A stretch of DNA of 64,000 nt from Fimbriosthenelais zetlandica. Taxonomy: Eukaryota. Within the stretch, counting starts at the first letter, position 1, and each line of letters starts with the position of its first letter. Below, in pieces: positions 25,858-38,503 of the stretch. The translations under genes were made by a program, and so were the position numbers. Under the pieces are notes generated by a model. It searched no databases, was not told where the DNA came from, and worked only from the letters and a program-made list of their open reading frames with translations. The stretch lies in contig OZ365111.1 in assembly GCA_977030845.1 (NCBI GenBank), positions 48,980,001 through 49,044,000 of the forward strand. The letters are read 5' to 3'.

Positions 25858-26812
25858 GTATGAATCATACTACTATGGCTCAAAACGGTGAATTTAAGCT
25901 CACAATTACATGTACTTCTATCACCAATACCACGAGATTTTCTTTTTAATGTTCATTGAAATGCACACAGAGGAGGTCAATAAATGCAGGTTACTTCATA
26001 AGTGTGCAAAGCATGCATTATACTTCTGAATACGAATATGATGTCTTGCTTGACAAATAAATGGTGCTGGTAAGTAAAACACTTTTGGGGTCCCTTACTT
26101 TGTGCCAGCTAAGATCTGATGACGAAACTTGGGACTTCGTGGCATGAATTTCTCTTATTTGTGAATGTTAGTAGAATTTGAAGGTTGAATATTATTCTTA
26201 ATGATAACTATAAGTTTATTTGGCTATAATTTCCATGTCAGTATGTTCACATTTATTATTTTAAATGAACAGTTCAGCATCCATAAATGAATGGAAATCA
26301 ATCAATAGAACAATAAAACAGAAGTGTTATGATGAAACTCATGATCATATAGGCCTATCATTGTTAGACTATAAGATAGGGGGATAATACAGCATCGAAA
26401 TTGAGTAGTCTATATAGCAGGGAAGGATGATTCAAGCGACTTCTACACTACACCGATCTGGGGCCCGATGTCATGGTCTTAACGATCTCATCAGATCAAA
26501 CTCAAGTCAGCTTAAAAATCGGCATAATGTGTATGAAGATTAGATCATGATGGGGGACAATCCATATAATTATTTGAACCGTTCATGCATATATACACGT
26601 GTATATTTTCTCTCCATGCATGGAGTTCCATCAGGGACGCCTTGAAATCAACCCCAGGGGCCTTTTCAGGATCGAGTTATATTTGGACCGTGCAGGTTAC
26701 CATTGGCCCAGTTCAGTATCCAGATTTAAAAAATCACGTCTGTCTTAGCTGACTGAACTACTATTTAATTCCAAAAGGACAGATATTTTCAGGGAGACAG
26801 GTTCATTGCAAA

Positions 26813-29756
26813 ATGCTTCAATCGCTTGTCAGAACCATCCAGTTGGCCGGCCGGGGCCTTCGCCCTTCAAATTTGGTCAAATATTTTTCTGTATCCATAA
26901 AAGTGTTGTCGGATTCAATCATTAGAAAAGTATCTCGAGAAGAACCTGTTTGGATGCCAATGATGAAATCGGGCGTTCGAGTATGTTCGCAGGTAAGTGA
27001 AGTAATCAGCTATTCTGTACTTAACAAAATGTTCGGAAATTATGGCAGAAAATTGTTGCAGTTGTCTCATAATGGATAACCTCTATAGTGAAACAAGCCC
27101 CATATATACGTAGTTGTATATTAATTTTTTCCAGACCCTTGAAGAAAGGTTTTCTGGGAGTCGAAGAGTAAGTGAGGCTCGTGATGATAATGATCACATG
27201 CTAGTCTCCTGGTCAGATGGCTCTGAGAGTAAACTGCCCTACGTGTACCTCCGAGATAACTGTACCTGTGAGGACTGCTATTGTACTTCCTCCTCCTCAA
27301 GAATCGTAGCCATGCATAATCTGGATGTAGATATCAAACCAACTAACATAACGGTGAGTGTTGTGTGATTGTTTCCTTCATACATTGCATTAATTCAATG
27401 TAATCCATTCAGTCAGCCACTCGTTATTGATTCATCAACCAGTCTACAATCTGCATGGTGAAAATAGTTACAAAATAACAAAATATTTACAAGATTCCCA
27501 GCTAAGGGGAATTGTCTTTGTTTTTTTCAGGTAGCTGATGGTGCTGTGACTCTGATTTGGTCTGATGGCCACATAAGCCGATATTCATCCATGTGGCTCC
27601 ATGCTCGCGATTTTTCAGATGAAATTCGTCTAAAAAGATTGGCCCAACTCAGCCCCACTAAGCCAAAACACTGGGGAAATGAGCTCCAGGACAAAATTCC
27701 AACATTTAACTTTGAACAGGTGATGGCTTACAAAATAAACATGTATATTGAAGTGTACTCATGCAAACATGTACATTACTTTAGGAATTGAGAATTGCCT
27801 TGTATTAATTCTGTAATTAGATACCTTGATAAAATATTTTACAGCTGATATCTTGTGACAAAACTTTACTTGATTGGATTACAACCCTGGAATCTATTGG
27901 TCTTTCTATCGTAAAGAATACACCATGTAAAGTTGGACAAGTGGCAAAAATCGGAGAACGAGTACAATTCTTGAGAGAATCCCATTATGGGTAATAATTT
28001 CAATATTTACCAATGTTGCCAGTGTCATGAAGGGTGGAGTGTACATTTGGCACAAATTTATTTTTATGATATATGCCACAATATATGGCTTGTTTACTGC
28101 TATATTATTTAATAGCTAAATGGTTTTAAAATGTTTTAAATATCGTCATCCAAACAGGCATTGTTTCACGGTAAAGGCCAAACTCGACCCCAGTAATTTA
28201 GCCTTCACACCCTCGACACTGGGCCTACATGCTGATCTTCCCTATTATTATTACACCCCAGGTGTTAGTATATTTTTCTTATAAATAATGTTTTCTCTGA
28301 TACATTTGTTTAAAATGCCATGATCATTGGAAAATACGTACACATGACCAAAAGCTTTCGATTTCCGATTTTCAATTTATTTTTATTTTCTTTATATTTC
28401 TCATTGTTGTATGGAACTTTTCAGATGCAGATGTTACACTGCATCAAACAAACGTCAGCAGAAGGTGGTGACAACCAACTTGCTGACGGTTTCAATGCAG
28501 CTCATATATTGAAAGGTTGATTTATTACATCATTATTCTAAATTAGACATCCAAACTTAAAGAAGTCACATATAGGTCTTATTTATAACGGTTAGTCTCG
28601 TACTCACGTATGTACTGTGTTATGACTGTCATAAATGAATGTAATATCATATATGCATAATTAACACAGTCATGATGTCTAAGTTAACTACATTCTTCTT
28701 CACATACTTCAAACTCTGCAGAACACCACCCTGAACTATTTGAGTTGCTCTCGACCACACTTGTGGACTTCAGGGATATTGGCTACGATAAATCGAGCTT
28801 CTTTAAGCTTACAAGACAGCCAATCATACAGTAGGATAAACTCTATTCCGTTTCTTTGATAATATATATACCCATACTATTGTAATTAATAGATAACATG
28901 TTGATTTCTGATATCAGATCGATATAGTATTGAAAGATGCAATTAACAGGTCGATCACAGCAAATCCACACAATTTCAAATTATTTGCAATTAACCAATA
29001 ACTAATTTTTACACTATTCTCCTTAGATGTGACCAAGATGGAAATATATACAAGATCTGCTACAATAACATGATGCGAGATAGTATGATGCACGTGCCTT
29101 TGGACTTGGTTCCTGATCTATACAGGGCCCTGAAAACCTTCAATAGTATCATGTATGAACCTCAAAACCACGTCAACTACAAACTGGAACCAGGTGAATT
29201 TTAAAACGAAAAGGATTGTTTTAAGGGGATAAATGGGACATTTAAGATATCTCTAGAATAAAATGTAATATAGAATGCAGATGGACAAGGTTGTTGTAGA
29301 GGGCGTCAGCGTTTGTTGTTTTTTTAATTAATTAGGCCCGATATGCACTATACATGTATATTTATTCAGGTTGTTACTGGTTTTAAAATAATGACTCACT
29401 CTGTAGAGTGTTTTACAGTATCAATTTAAATGGAAGGTATATATAAGGCATTAGTCAATTATCACTACAGGAACTAGTGGTAGTGATACTTGTTTTTCGA
29501 TTGGGGGCAGGTTTTTACTTACAGAATATACTAATGATATAAGAGATTTAATTTATAACTCTTTATAATGTTTTTTTTTAATATTTAAGGTGAAATCGCT
29601 TGTTTCCACAATTACCGAGTCCTGCATGGAAGGAAAAGTTGGAAACTGTTAGAGGGTGAAGAAAGACATTTAGAAGGAGCTTACATTGACTGGGACGAGC
29701 TGAACTCACGCAGGAGGGTTCTTCTCATTGAACAAGGCCTCATTGAACCCCTGTGA
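26813..29756 (+). CDS. BBOX1: Gamma-butyrobetaine dioxygenase-like. Exons: 26813-26992, 27135-27353, 27531-27719, 27845-27990, 28158-28263, 28425-28515, 28722-28830, 29027-29193, 29590-29756
   Basis: Zn-binding LRDNCTCEDC, then WSDGHISRY, LGLHADLPYY (HxD), QMLHCIKQ...GGDNQLADGF, FHNYRVLHGR and EGAYIDWDE. The last motif is BBOX-type rather than TMLHE-type. Confidence 0.88.
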
Positions 29757-30119
29757 ATCCTAAATTAAGCTGACTAGTGTTTTTGGAAAACCGGTGTCTT
29801 CATAACCGCTATGATCTATAATTAGGATCATTTCTCTTTTTCGAACCTTGTGTGGAAAAAAAATAACCGGTGGGAGATTATAGAATAGGTATGAGGTACA
29901 CTGGACTTAGTAATCCCGGTAGAAACAATTGTATTCTACTATAGTTCCATTCCGAATCCAGTATGTATCATGCATCTATACCACCTTGGACGTTTGATTG
30001 TGGAATAAACAATTGATGGATTGACAGAAAAAGTTGGTGTCGCCTCTTAAGTCATCACTATAGGCGTACCCTTTACAATACACATCATCTTACATCATCA
30101 TGTAGCTATCTGCCTTAAC

Positions 30120-32706
30120 TTAAGAAACATCATCAGAAGAAACGTACAAATTATTCTCGACTAAAATATTTAAATCTCTATTCCTTTTAATAGGTTGGCT
30201 GTATGCAATATCTTCCCTTGGAGTAGCCCACTTATCAGACTGATCATTATTGCTATCAATGTAACCTCTGTCATCTGACATATACTTAGCATTGGACCCT
30301 TGAGTTGTCCTGGTTAGACTTATATCAGGAATGTTGTTTGCCCTGTCTATGGTTGCATATCTATTTGAAGTGCTGTCCGTCTCATCCTTGTCTTCCTTTT
30401 CTCCAGTGCTTCGACAAGATCCCTCAGTGCATGGCTTTTTGATGTAACCTCTGTTGGAAAAAAATGAAAAGGTTAATAGCCTAATGTCAATCTAAAGTAG
30501 GGGGAATTTCCAATTGCACATAAAGGTCAGGACATTTGAAATCCTTGTTAAACTGAATCTGTCACCTTCGCACGATTCCCTCCCCGACCCTCCACTCGCC
30601 ACCTGTCGCACTTTCATTCACCAAGCATGCATCGAACCTTCCTGGTTGCATTTTATCGTTGACCTTACCTTTTAACTAAGAAAAGGATGACTAAGGCTAC
30701 CACCAATGCCAAAATTCCAATGACAACGCTTGCAGCAATGATACCACCTGAAATTAGACATTGTTGTAATAACATCTGGGGCCTGTTTCAAAAGGATTTT
30801 GAAACAGGCTCCTGAGGCCCATTTCAAAAGGGAAATTAGCAATGCTAAGTCTATAGCTTTTGTTTTGAAACAGGCTCCTGATTTAACTGGTATAACTTGC
30901 AGAACATAATTAGTACAAAACCGTTTCTATATGAGATTTTTACCTATGGATTTCTGACTTGCAGTTTCGGTTTGTTGCACATCCGTTTCATTTCGATCAG
31001 GGATAGTTGTCAATGTTGGTAGTTTATCATCGGTGGTGATGGTATCTGTGGTGGTTGTGGTGGTTGTGGGTATAACCATATCTACACTTTGGGTTGAAGT
31101 TGAACTCTGTAAACAGTTGTAGGCAGCACCTCCAATGTCAGCTGTCAAGTTCTTCCTTCTCCAACAATCACGATGTTCCCACGTTGAAAAATCTGCCGGA
31201 TTCTGATTTTGCTGAAAGACTAAAAACATACTGTTATCTTCATATAATCATCTAATTATCCTTACAATCCAAAGGCTAATGCTTCAGAAACAACGCGTTA
31301 TATATTAGACTGCAAAAGGGGGTTCAAATTGATTGATTTTGTTCGGTGGATTAATAAAGATACGACCAATTCAAACTCACCTTCATATCCAATCAATAAC
31401 TGTGTTTCTTCGCTTCCACTGATTAATCTTAACTCAAACTTATCATGTTGACGGTAATTCGAATCCCCCTCTAGGGTAGTTCCATCTCTCGTTTGGAACA
31501 TGCCATTTGCCACCCAAAATACCTTTAGATAAATACTGCCTTGACCTCCGTCAATAGTAATTGAACAAGCCTGATTCCCACATGAAACTTCCATCTGGTT
31601 GAACAGGTGACATGATGTAATATAACCGCATGGTTTTTCTTTAACATCAATATATTTTTCCCATACTGGAGCAGCTAGTGGACAAATGCTTTGAACTTGA
31701 TGCCCTAGAAACATTGAAACCAACAAGATTTTGAATGGCTTATTTTTGCTCATTTTTGCTTTGAAAGCGACACAAGGATTCTCATAATCCTAGTTCAGTC
31801 GGGTAGGGTATCTTACCAGCATTCAATTTTACTTATTGATCCAAACAGAATAAATTATTTTCTTACTTTCTATGCAACGATGTGAGTTCAAGAAGTCTGC
31901 TTTCTGCCGACCCTCTAACTGTACATTGGACCAATGTAGAATTTGGCGGTTTTTTCCGACATAGTTGTATATCAGAGAGACGAAGGGAACCCCTGTACCT
32001 TCACCGGAAGTTGATGGAGCAAGAACTTGATCATCAGGACAAGCTAAGTTAAAGGCATCATCGGGATCATTTTGAAAGCCTGCATGCAAGGATTTAGGAA
32101 AACATATACCGATATATACCGATAACAAGAGGTATAGACTGTCGACTGAAACAGTGACATCGAAAACAATAGGAGCCTGGACCTTCTCTTGCTTTGAATG
32201 GAAAGATGGTGCCAAACGCTCTGGACCTATAATTTTGTCACAAAAGGTATAGTTCTTCCCATTTTGCGGATCACCCGTGGACTGTTAATACCATGATTTC
32301 AATATAGGTGGCCCTTCGATCATTACGTGTCGAAATTTCCGGATATATCTTAACAGTTTTGTCTGATAGGCATGCAATTCGTTTCTTTTAAAATTATTAA
32401 CATTTATCATATAACATACTTATGGTTGTTTATAATTTTAATCTCTATGAATAAATCGCATAAATTGCCTTGAATTTGAGTTGGTCCCATATGCTATATC
32501 AGAGAACGAACATAGTATGTAATTTAAAGTGTTGTCCTCTTTGTGCAGGGTCAACATTTTCGGAAAGTCAGTTTCAGGAATGAACAAAATGTAGTTCTAT
32601 ATAATATCAAATACTTACACACACTGCTGCAGTGTATCTCAGTCGAGAGAAGGAACAATGCTGCCAATGAGAGGAGAATGCATGTATTCCTTGTTGATCT
32701 GCTCAT
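30120..32706 (-). CDS. Orphan type I receptor, tandem paralog A. Exons: 32619-32706 (signal peptide), 31867-32079, 31381-31704 (CUB-like), 30944-31219 (Thr-rich stalk), 30669-30747 (TM), 30120-30450 (tail)
   Basis: MSRSTRNTCILLSLAALFLLSTE; CPDDQVLAP...RCI; CSITIDGGQG...LLIGYEG; TM GIIAASVVIGILALVVALVILFLV; tail with RYATI, IAYSQP and LVENNLY. All splice junctions are in phase. Confidence 0.85.
30778..30878. repeat. Small hairpin MITE family (TIR GGGGCCTGTTTCAAAA...TTTTGAAACAGGC(C/T)CC), two adjacent copies here
   Basis: Related copies occur at ~2057-2200, ~14360-14410, ~37765-37860, ~47548-47715, ~49953-50030 and ~52045-52093. Confidence 0.75.
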
Positions 32707-33621
32707 GACTATATCACTAATCCTTGCACTTCATTGAAAACATTAAATTATATTGAAATTATTCTTACTTTTGTCGTTTTTATTCCTTCGTTCACGCACT
32801 AAATCACAAGAATATCACAACTCCGACCGGGAAAACCCAGGACCTTACACCAAACTGAACGGTAGACCTATATTGTGTCATGAATGATGTACACGTTTAA
32901 GAATTTTCTACCTGGAACACCTTTAGTCGTGCACTGCCTCAAATTCCCTAAACTATCACTTGGCATGCAGGAAACAAAAGCAAGCTCTTAATTATTCTAT
33001 GAACAAAAAATCGATTATTTTAATGATCAATGCCAGCAAAGTCATTTTAAACAATTCAAAAAATATATAATGAATATAGTAGCAATCATTTACAATGATC
33101 TTCCCACTATATGGCCTATTTCCAAATCTTTTTTCACATGGTATTATCCAAGACTGATCTGTCCTGTCCATTTTCACATAAAACAGAAATAATTTATCAT
33201 AATATGTACAGCAAGAATTCACACAAATGAAATACCTTCAAGGACAATAGGAGATATTGAACAGGCATGACGTCATTATACATGTTAAATGAAGACCTTT
33301 TTGGAGACCGTTTATAAGGCCAGATCCTTTTGAGGATAAATAGACAAAATTTACCGAGGGTGTGGCAAAATATTCGGGCCTCTCCACCCCTGTGGTTCTT
33401 TTTATATTCGTTTCACCTCTAATAAATAATTTAAAATCACATTTACTAGACTGCAAAATATTGCTCGCAGGCAATATACACTATAGACCAAGGTCAATAT
33501 TTCTATCATATTTCTGCCTTGACATAGTCTAATGATGCATTCTACTCCAACAAAATGATTTCATCACGAAGGGCACATGTTACGTTACGGGACAGATTAT
33601 TCAAACTATTAATGGTCCTTG

Positions 33622-36600
33622 TTATACTTCCACCGAGCCTGGCCTTTCAATATGCTCTTTAAGTGAACCTTCTACAGAGTCCATTTCGTGATCGTCTGAC
33701 ACTTCGGAGTCTGACATTGAGTCTGACATTGAGTCTGACCCTGACAGTTCCATATCATCCATTAAAGAGTCTGGCAATTCCATATCATCTTCAAAAGTAC
33801 CTGACATTTCCTTATCTTCATCTACAGTGTCCAGTCTTCCGACGCTCCCGTTACTGTATGCTCCATTAATATGTTTATTGTATTTGAAACCTGTAGGTTT
33901 AATGATGTGTTTTAAGTCATCCATTTTGATTGCAGTAACTCCTTCCTGAGTGGCAGGCTCACTTGATATATCTGACTCTGCATCAGTTTCTTTACCCTTA
34001 CACTCACAACATCTCTCAACGCAACAGTTTTCGATGTAGCCTCTGAAGAAAGAAATTCATCCGAAATTATAAGCAAATATTTATGAAACGGCTCTTTGAA
34101 CATCAAAAAGATCTTTAGGAAAGGGAAATATATTATTAATATTCGTTTTGAAAGAGGCTCATTGAATTATATAAAAAATAACTAGGCATTGCTGGCCTTT
34201 ATATATTCAATATTTGACGCAATATTAATTGGAAATTTACCTTTTAACGAGGAATATTACTATCAACAGGATTGATAGAATTCCAATGGTGAGAGCTGCA
34301 GCTAGGATGCTCGTTGCTGAAATGGGAATCAACAATCATTATGTTGCCTCTTAATTTACTTCCCTTATTACTTACCTCCTAATTTACTTCCCTATAATAC
34401 TAATGTATCGCTTTGTGATATTCATATTAGTTATATTAGCATTATGGGTAAACTTATAATGTGAGTAACTACAGCATTCTGTACTTCAACACAAATTACT
34501 AGGATTATGGATTACGTGGATCCAGGATATTTCAGGGGACGTTGCTACAGAAAAGGGCACAGTTGTATTTAAATACTGAATAAAATTATCCAAAATTAAT
34601 CATTTACTTCCTGCTCCTTTGCTTGAGGATTCCGGACTGGCTGTTGTCTTGCGTTCTCTGGGAGTACCTGAAGACCTGCCGTCTCCATCATTTGCTAGGC
34701 TTGTCTGTTTAGCTGGAGTTGTGCTTGATGAACACTGATAAGCAGCACTTCCCAGGTCACTATATTTTCTTTTTCTTTCCCAACAGTATCTGTAGTCCCA
34801 CTCCTCGATTTTAATTGCACCTGTGCCTATTTGAAAAACTGAAGAAATAGCAAATATAATTATGTATTGGGTAAGAAATTATGTAACTAGTACGGTACAG
34901 GGTATTGTACAAGTGTTGACAGCCCCAAAACGGGAGTGTTGGCAGCATTCTGATTTCACTGCATGACCAAATATATGCTCACCTTCATATCCTAACAACA
35001 AATGGGCCTTCCCGTGGTCTGAAGCGAAATATATTGTCATTTCTTCGTGGGCACTGAAATCATCAGTTATATTGAGTGTTTTGTTTGAATGATGACCGTC
35101 ATTAACTATCAAATTGCCATCTTTAGCCCAAATGACATGGATGTAAACTGCCATCCCAAAACCTGCGTCAAGAGTTACAGAGCAGGCTGATCCAGCACAA
35201 CTGAAATCTTGTGATTCTAGTTGACATGCTCCGATATAACCACATGGTTGGCGATCTACACGAAGGCGTCCAAATGTAGGATGATCTCCAGGGCAAAGCA
35301 TATGTACTTGTTTTTCTGGAAGGTTATCAATAAAACAAAATTTAGTATAAAGGTCATGTTACCTTTGCTTCAAAGGATCCCACGTTTCAAATTCGAAGGA
35401 ATTTACATATGAATGGAAATCCATGGAATTTCATGTCGAAAAAACTAATTAACCTACATGGCCCTTGACCATGACCGAGGCCATTGTATTTTGATTCTAA
35501 AACCTGAGGCCCTCGGCCAATAATGTATATCGTCCTTTGTATTGTTGCTCTAGTACTATGTATACAGTTGTGAATTTTTATAGTTTGGTGTTCTCGTATA
35601 TACTTTACCTAATCAATGTTCGTGTCATATGTAATGTATTTCACTTACTTTTAATGCAACGATATAAGCTGGCGAAGTCATCTGTTGTTATATCATCATA
35701 TATTTTGTTCTTATGGATAACATTATCTTGCAGTCCTAAATGATCATATATCAATTCAGGGGGAAGTTTAATCTGGGATTCTATCTCAGTTGGTGCGAGA
35801 ACTTCGTCGCTTGGACATTTCAACATCAGCTGTTCTCCATCTAAATCCCCTGCAGGTTGATCTATCCTCTCCCAGCCTGTAGTAAAGTCAGAAGTTGGAA
35901 GTGATTCTTAGCTATAAAGATTAACTATAAACGCTTATAAATTAGCTATAAATTTCCAACAATTCCAATTGAACTCAATTATAGAACTGGCAGAATTACT
36001 TTATTTTCTTTGTTCTTACTATTCAGCACCTTTGTATTAATAGAACATTAAAAAGAAAACAGATCCTGAAAATAACACGACTCTTTGGCTGGCAGAAATA
36101 TCATGGTACTCCTACCTTTGAGCAGGCACATTGGTATAATTAATTGTAAGACCTGCAATTCAACATTTTTAGCTGAATTGTCAAAGAGATGACACCTTAT
36201 TATGGTTTACCATGCAGGGCATGCCCTTTCAAACTCCACCCTTGTTGCACCATAAATTATTATATTATACATGTGTACACCTAAAGTAAGCGTTTACACC
36301 GGTATCCTGAATATAGTCACCAAAGCCCTCACGATTATATAGTGCTCGTGTCATTGTTCAAGTGGGATATGCACATGGTACTTGCATATATTTTGGAAAG
36401 TAAAGGATAGATTATAAATGGATACAGGTTTATCTTCAATCTGGTAGATGTATACCAATTAAATAGACACATAAATATCATGTAATCGCCATGTAATTGA
36501 CTCAATTTTTAAACGAATTTTAGGAAGGAATTCAGATAATACTACACATGTATAATGTTTTAAGTGAATATTTGTTTATACTTACATGCAGGGGTGGCAT

Positions 36601-36667
36601 CCACAACTGTTGCCATGATAAAAATCATAATGATTATCACCTCCATAATGATGCTGGTACGTACCAT
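33622..36667 (-). CDS. Orphan type I receptor, tandem paralog B. Exons: 36586-36667, 35649-35876, 34983-35315, 34608-34838, 34241-34316, 33622-34042
   Basis: MVRTSIIMEVIIIMIFIMATVVDA; CPSDEVLAP...RCI; CSVTLDAGFG...IYFASD...LLLGYEG; YCWERK...LGSAAYQC; TM SILAAALTIGILSILLIVIFLV; juxtamembrane CCVERCCEC; acidic Ser/Asp/Met-rich tail. Confidence 0.85.
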
Positions 36668-36753
36668 CTCCAAAGTCCTAATTTTCTATTTTCAGCCGAG
36701 TGGTTTTGTCAATATATAATGAGAGAGTGGGGAACGTTTGGGGTGTCTATCCA

Positions 36754-36763
36754 CTTTATATAG
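36754..36763 (-). promoter_or_regulatory. Candidate TATA box of receptor paralog B
   Basis: CTATATAAAG on the minus strand lies ~90 bp upstream of the ATG at 36667. A TGACGTCA lies further upstream at ~36971. Confidence 0.45.
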
Positions 36764-38503
36764 GGACTTCATGGGACCAAGTCCTTTAGTCGGCACGGTC
36801 TAAAGCCCATATGGGTCATTTGTATGGATGATAGGAATATAAGAAATGTTCATATCCAGCATGAATATCTTTTACATACTTACATGTTATTTTTGAGTCG
36901 TGGGGTAAATGTCAAATGATTGGTATCCTCTGTAATAAAGCCATTGAATTTAAATGTGAAAAGTTGAAAATGACGTCATTGCTCATGATCAGCTTAAAAA
37001 GTTGAGGTCAAATGGCTTGTCCGTGAAATTGCTGGGGAGCATACAAAAAGCACGATTTTCGGGGGACTGTTTACTTGTATATTATACAATGAGATTCTGT
37101 TTTTACATGACTGCAAGTCTGATTCAGTGGGTTGGCTCTAATTGTTATTGTAGCTCTCTGAGGGCCTTTATTCCCATTACACTATTATACTGTGGTGACA
37201 TATTTTCATCAGGCTGTTCATTCATCCCACACAGAAGTAAAGGAGTACATGTATGGGTGACTTTATATATACTGACTACATCGAGCACTGGCCAGGTCAA
37301 AATGCCGTCACGCTGAATCATTATCGTTAAACCAAACCTGTCATTACTTCCTGTTTGGCACGATTTTCTATCCCGGAACACCAATAATGTTTTAAAATTT
37401 ACTGACGTTGTTCTTCCTCTTTAAATAAAGGAATTTTAAGTGATTAAGATTTAAAGAATTTAGTTCAGAACAGAAATTTCTTTTGTGTTGGGACATCAAG
37501 CATTTAGCTTTCCCCGCTGTCACAGTTGACAGGGCCGCAATTAAGCAATTGACAAAAGGACAGCTTTTCAAATCAATTAAAATCTTTATTGGCATAAGGT
37601 AAATAAATCATTTCTGAAATATAATTATTACGCGGTACCATATATTTGTCCTAACTAAATTATAAATACTTCCTTTTATAACTATATAATGACTAATGAG
37701 ATTCTAATATCCTCTTTGACCTTCTTCCTGTAGGACCCACCTATATAACGTGCTAGCTTTGACTTCGGGGCTATTTCTATTCATATAGGGTACTGTTTCA
37801 AATGTATTTCTAGGAATGCTAAACATATATGGCTATATTTTCGTTTTGAAACAGGCCCCGGGAGTTGTGAAGGCAAGTTGAACACAATGTAACGTTAGTA
37901 ATTATCATCTCCTCCTAGAACAAGTCCTAACTTATTTAGGTCACCTTCTAGGCCCTAACACCTCATTGTAAGGCAATTGTAAGATCTGCCAGATCCAAAA
38001 TCGTATGCGACACCAAGAAAAAAATGTTTGCACAACACCTGTCATGAGGCGGTGTCCGTGTTGTCCTTTTTTAAAATAACTGGGGGTCAGGAGGGTGCAG
38101 AAGAAAAAAGAAACAAAAAATGTTCAGCTAGATAATAACAATGCAGCCACCTGCAGGCGAATTGGAACTACTTAATGACCTAGATATACAAATTGTTGTC
38201 GAGTTACTTTTTGAGTTACTTTTTGAAGATTGTTGTACAACGGTGCCACCCTTTTATACTGACTGAACGGTATGTTTGTAATTTTATATATTCCTAGACA
38301 CGGAAAACCCATTCATTTTAACATTGACTACAAACTGGCTACACATAAAGCGTATAATTATATATAAATACTGCTTCACTACTTAAATACTGCCCACTTC
38401 ATATTAAGAAACCAAAAAAAATGGAGCTGGGCCCCTTTCCAGAGGAATCAGGATGTGTTGCACAATGACTATAGGAACTTTATGAAAAGTTTAGCTAACT
38501 TTG

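Noticed and set aside
31829-32215. Full 128-aa ORF with an apparent internal TM (LYLLLSVYIGICF)
   Set aside because: The 5' part is intronic read-through; the true exon starts at the acceptor at 32079.
37145-37384. 79-aa minus-strand ORF as a fourth receptor paralog
   Set aside because: It has no signal peptide and none of the family motifs (VLAP, RCI, TxDG, YEG).
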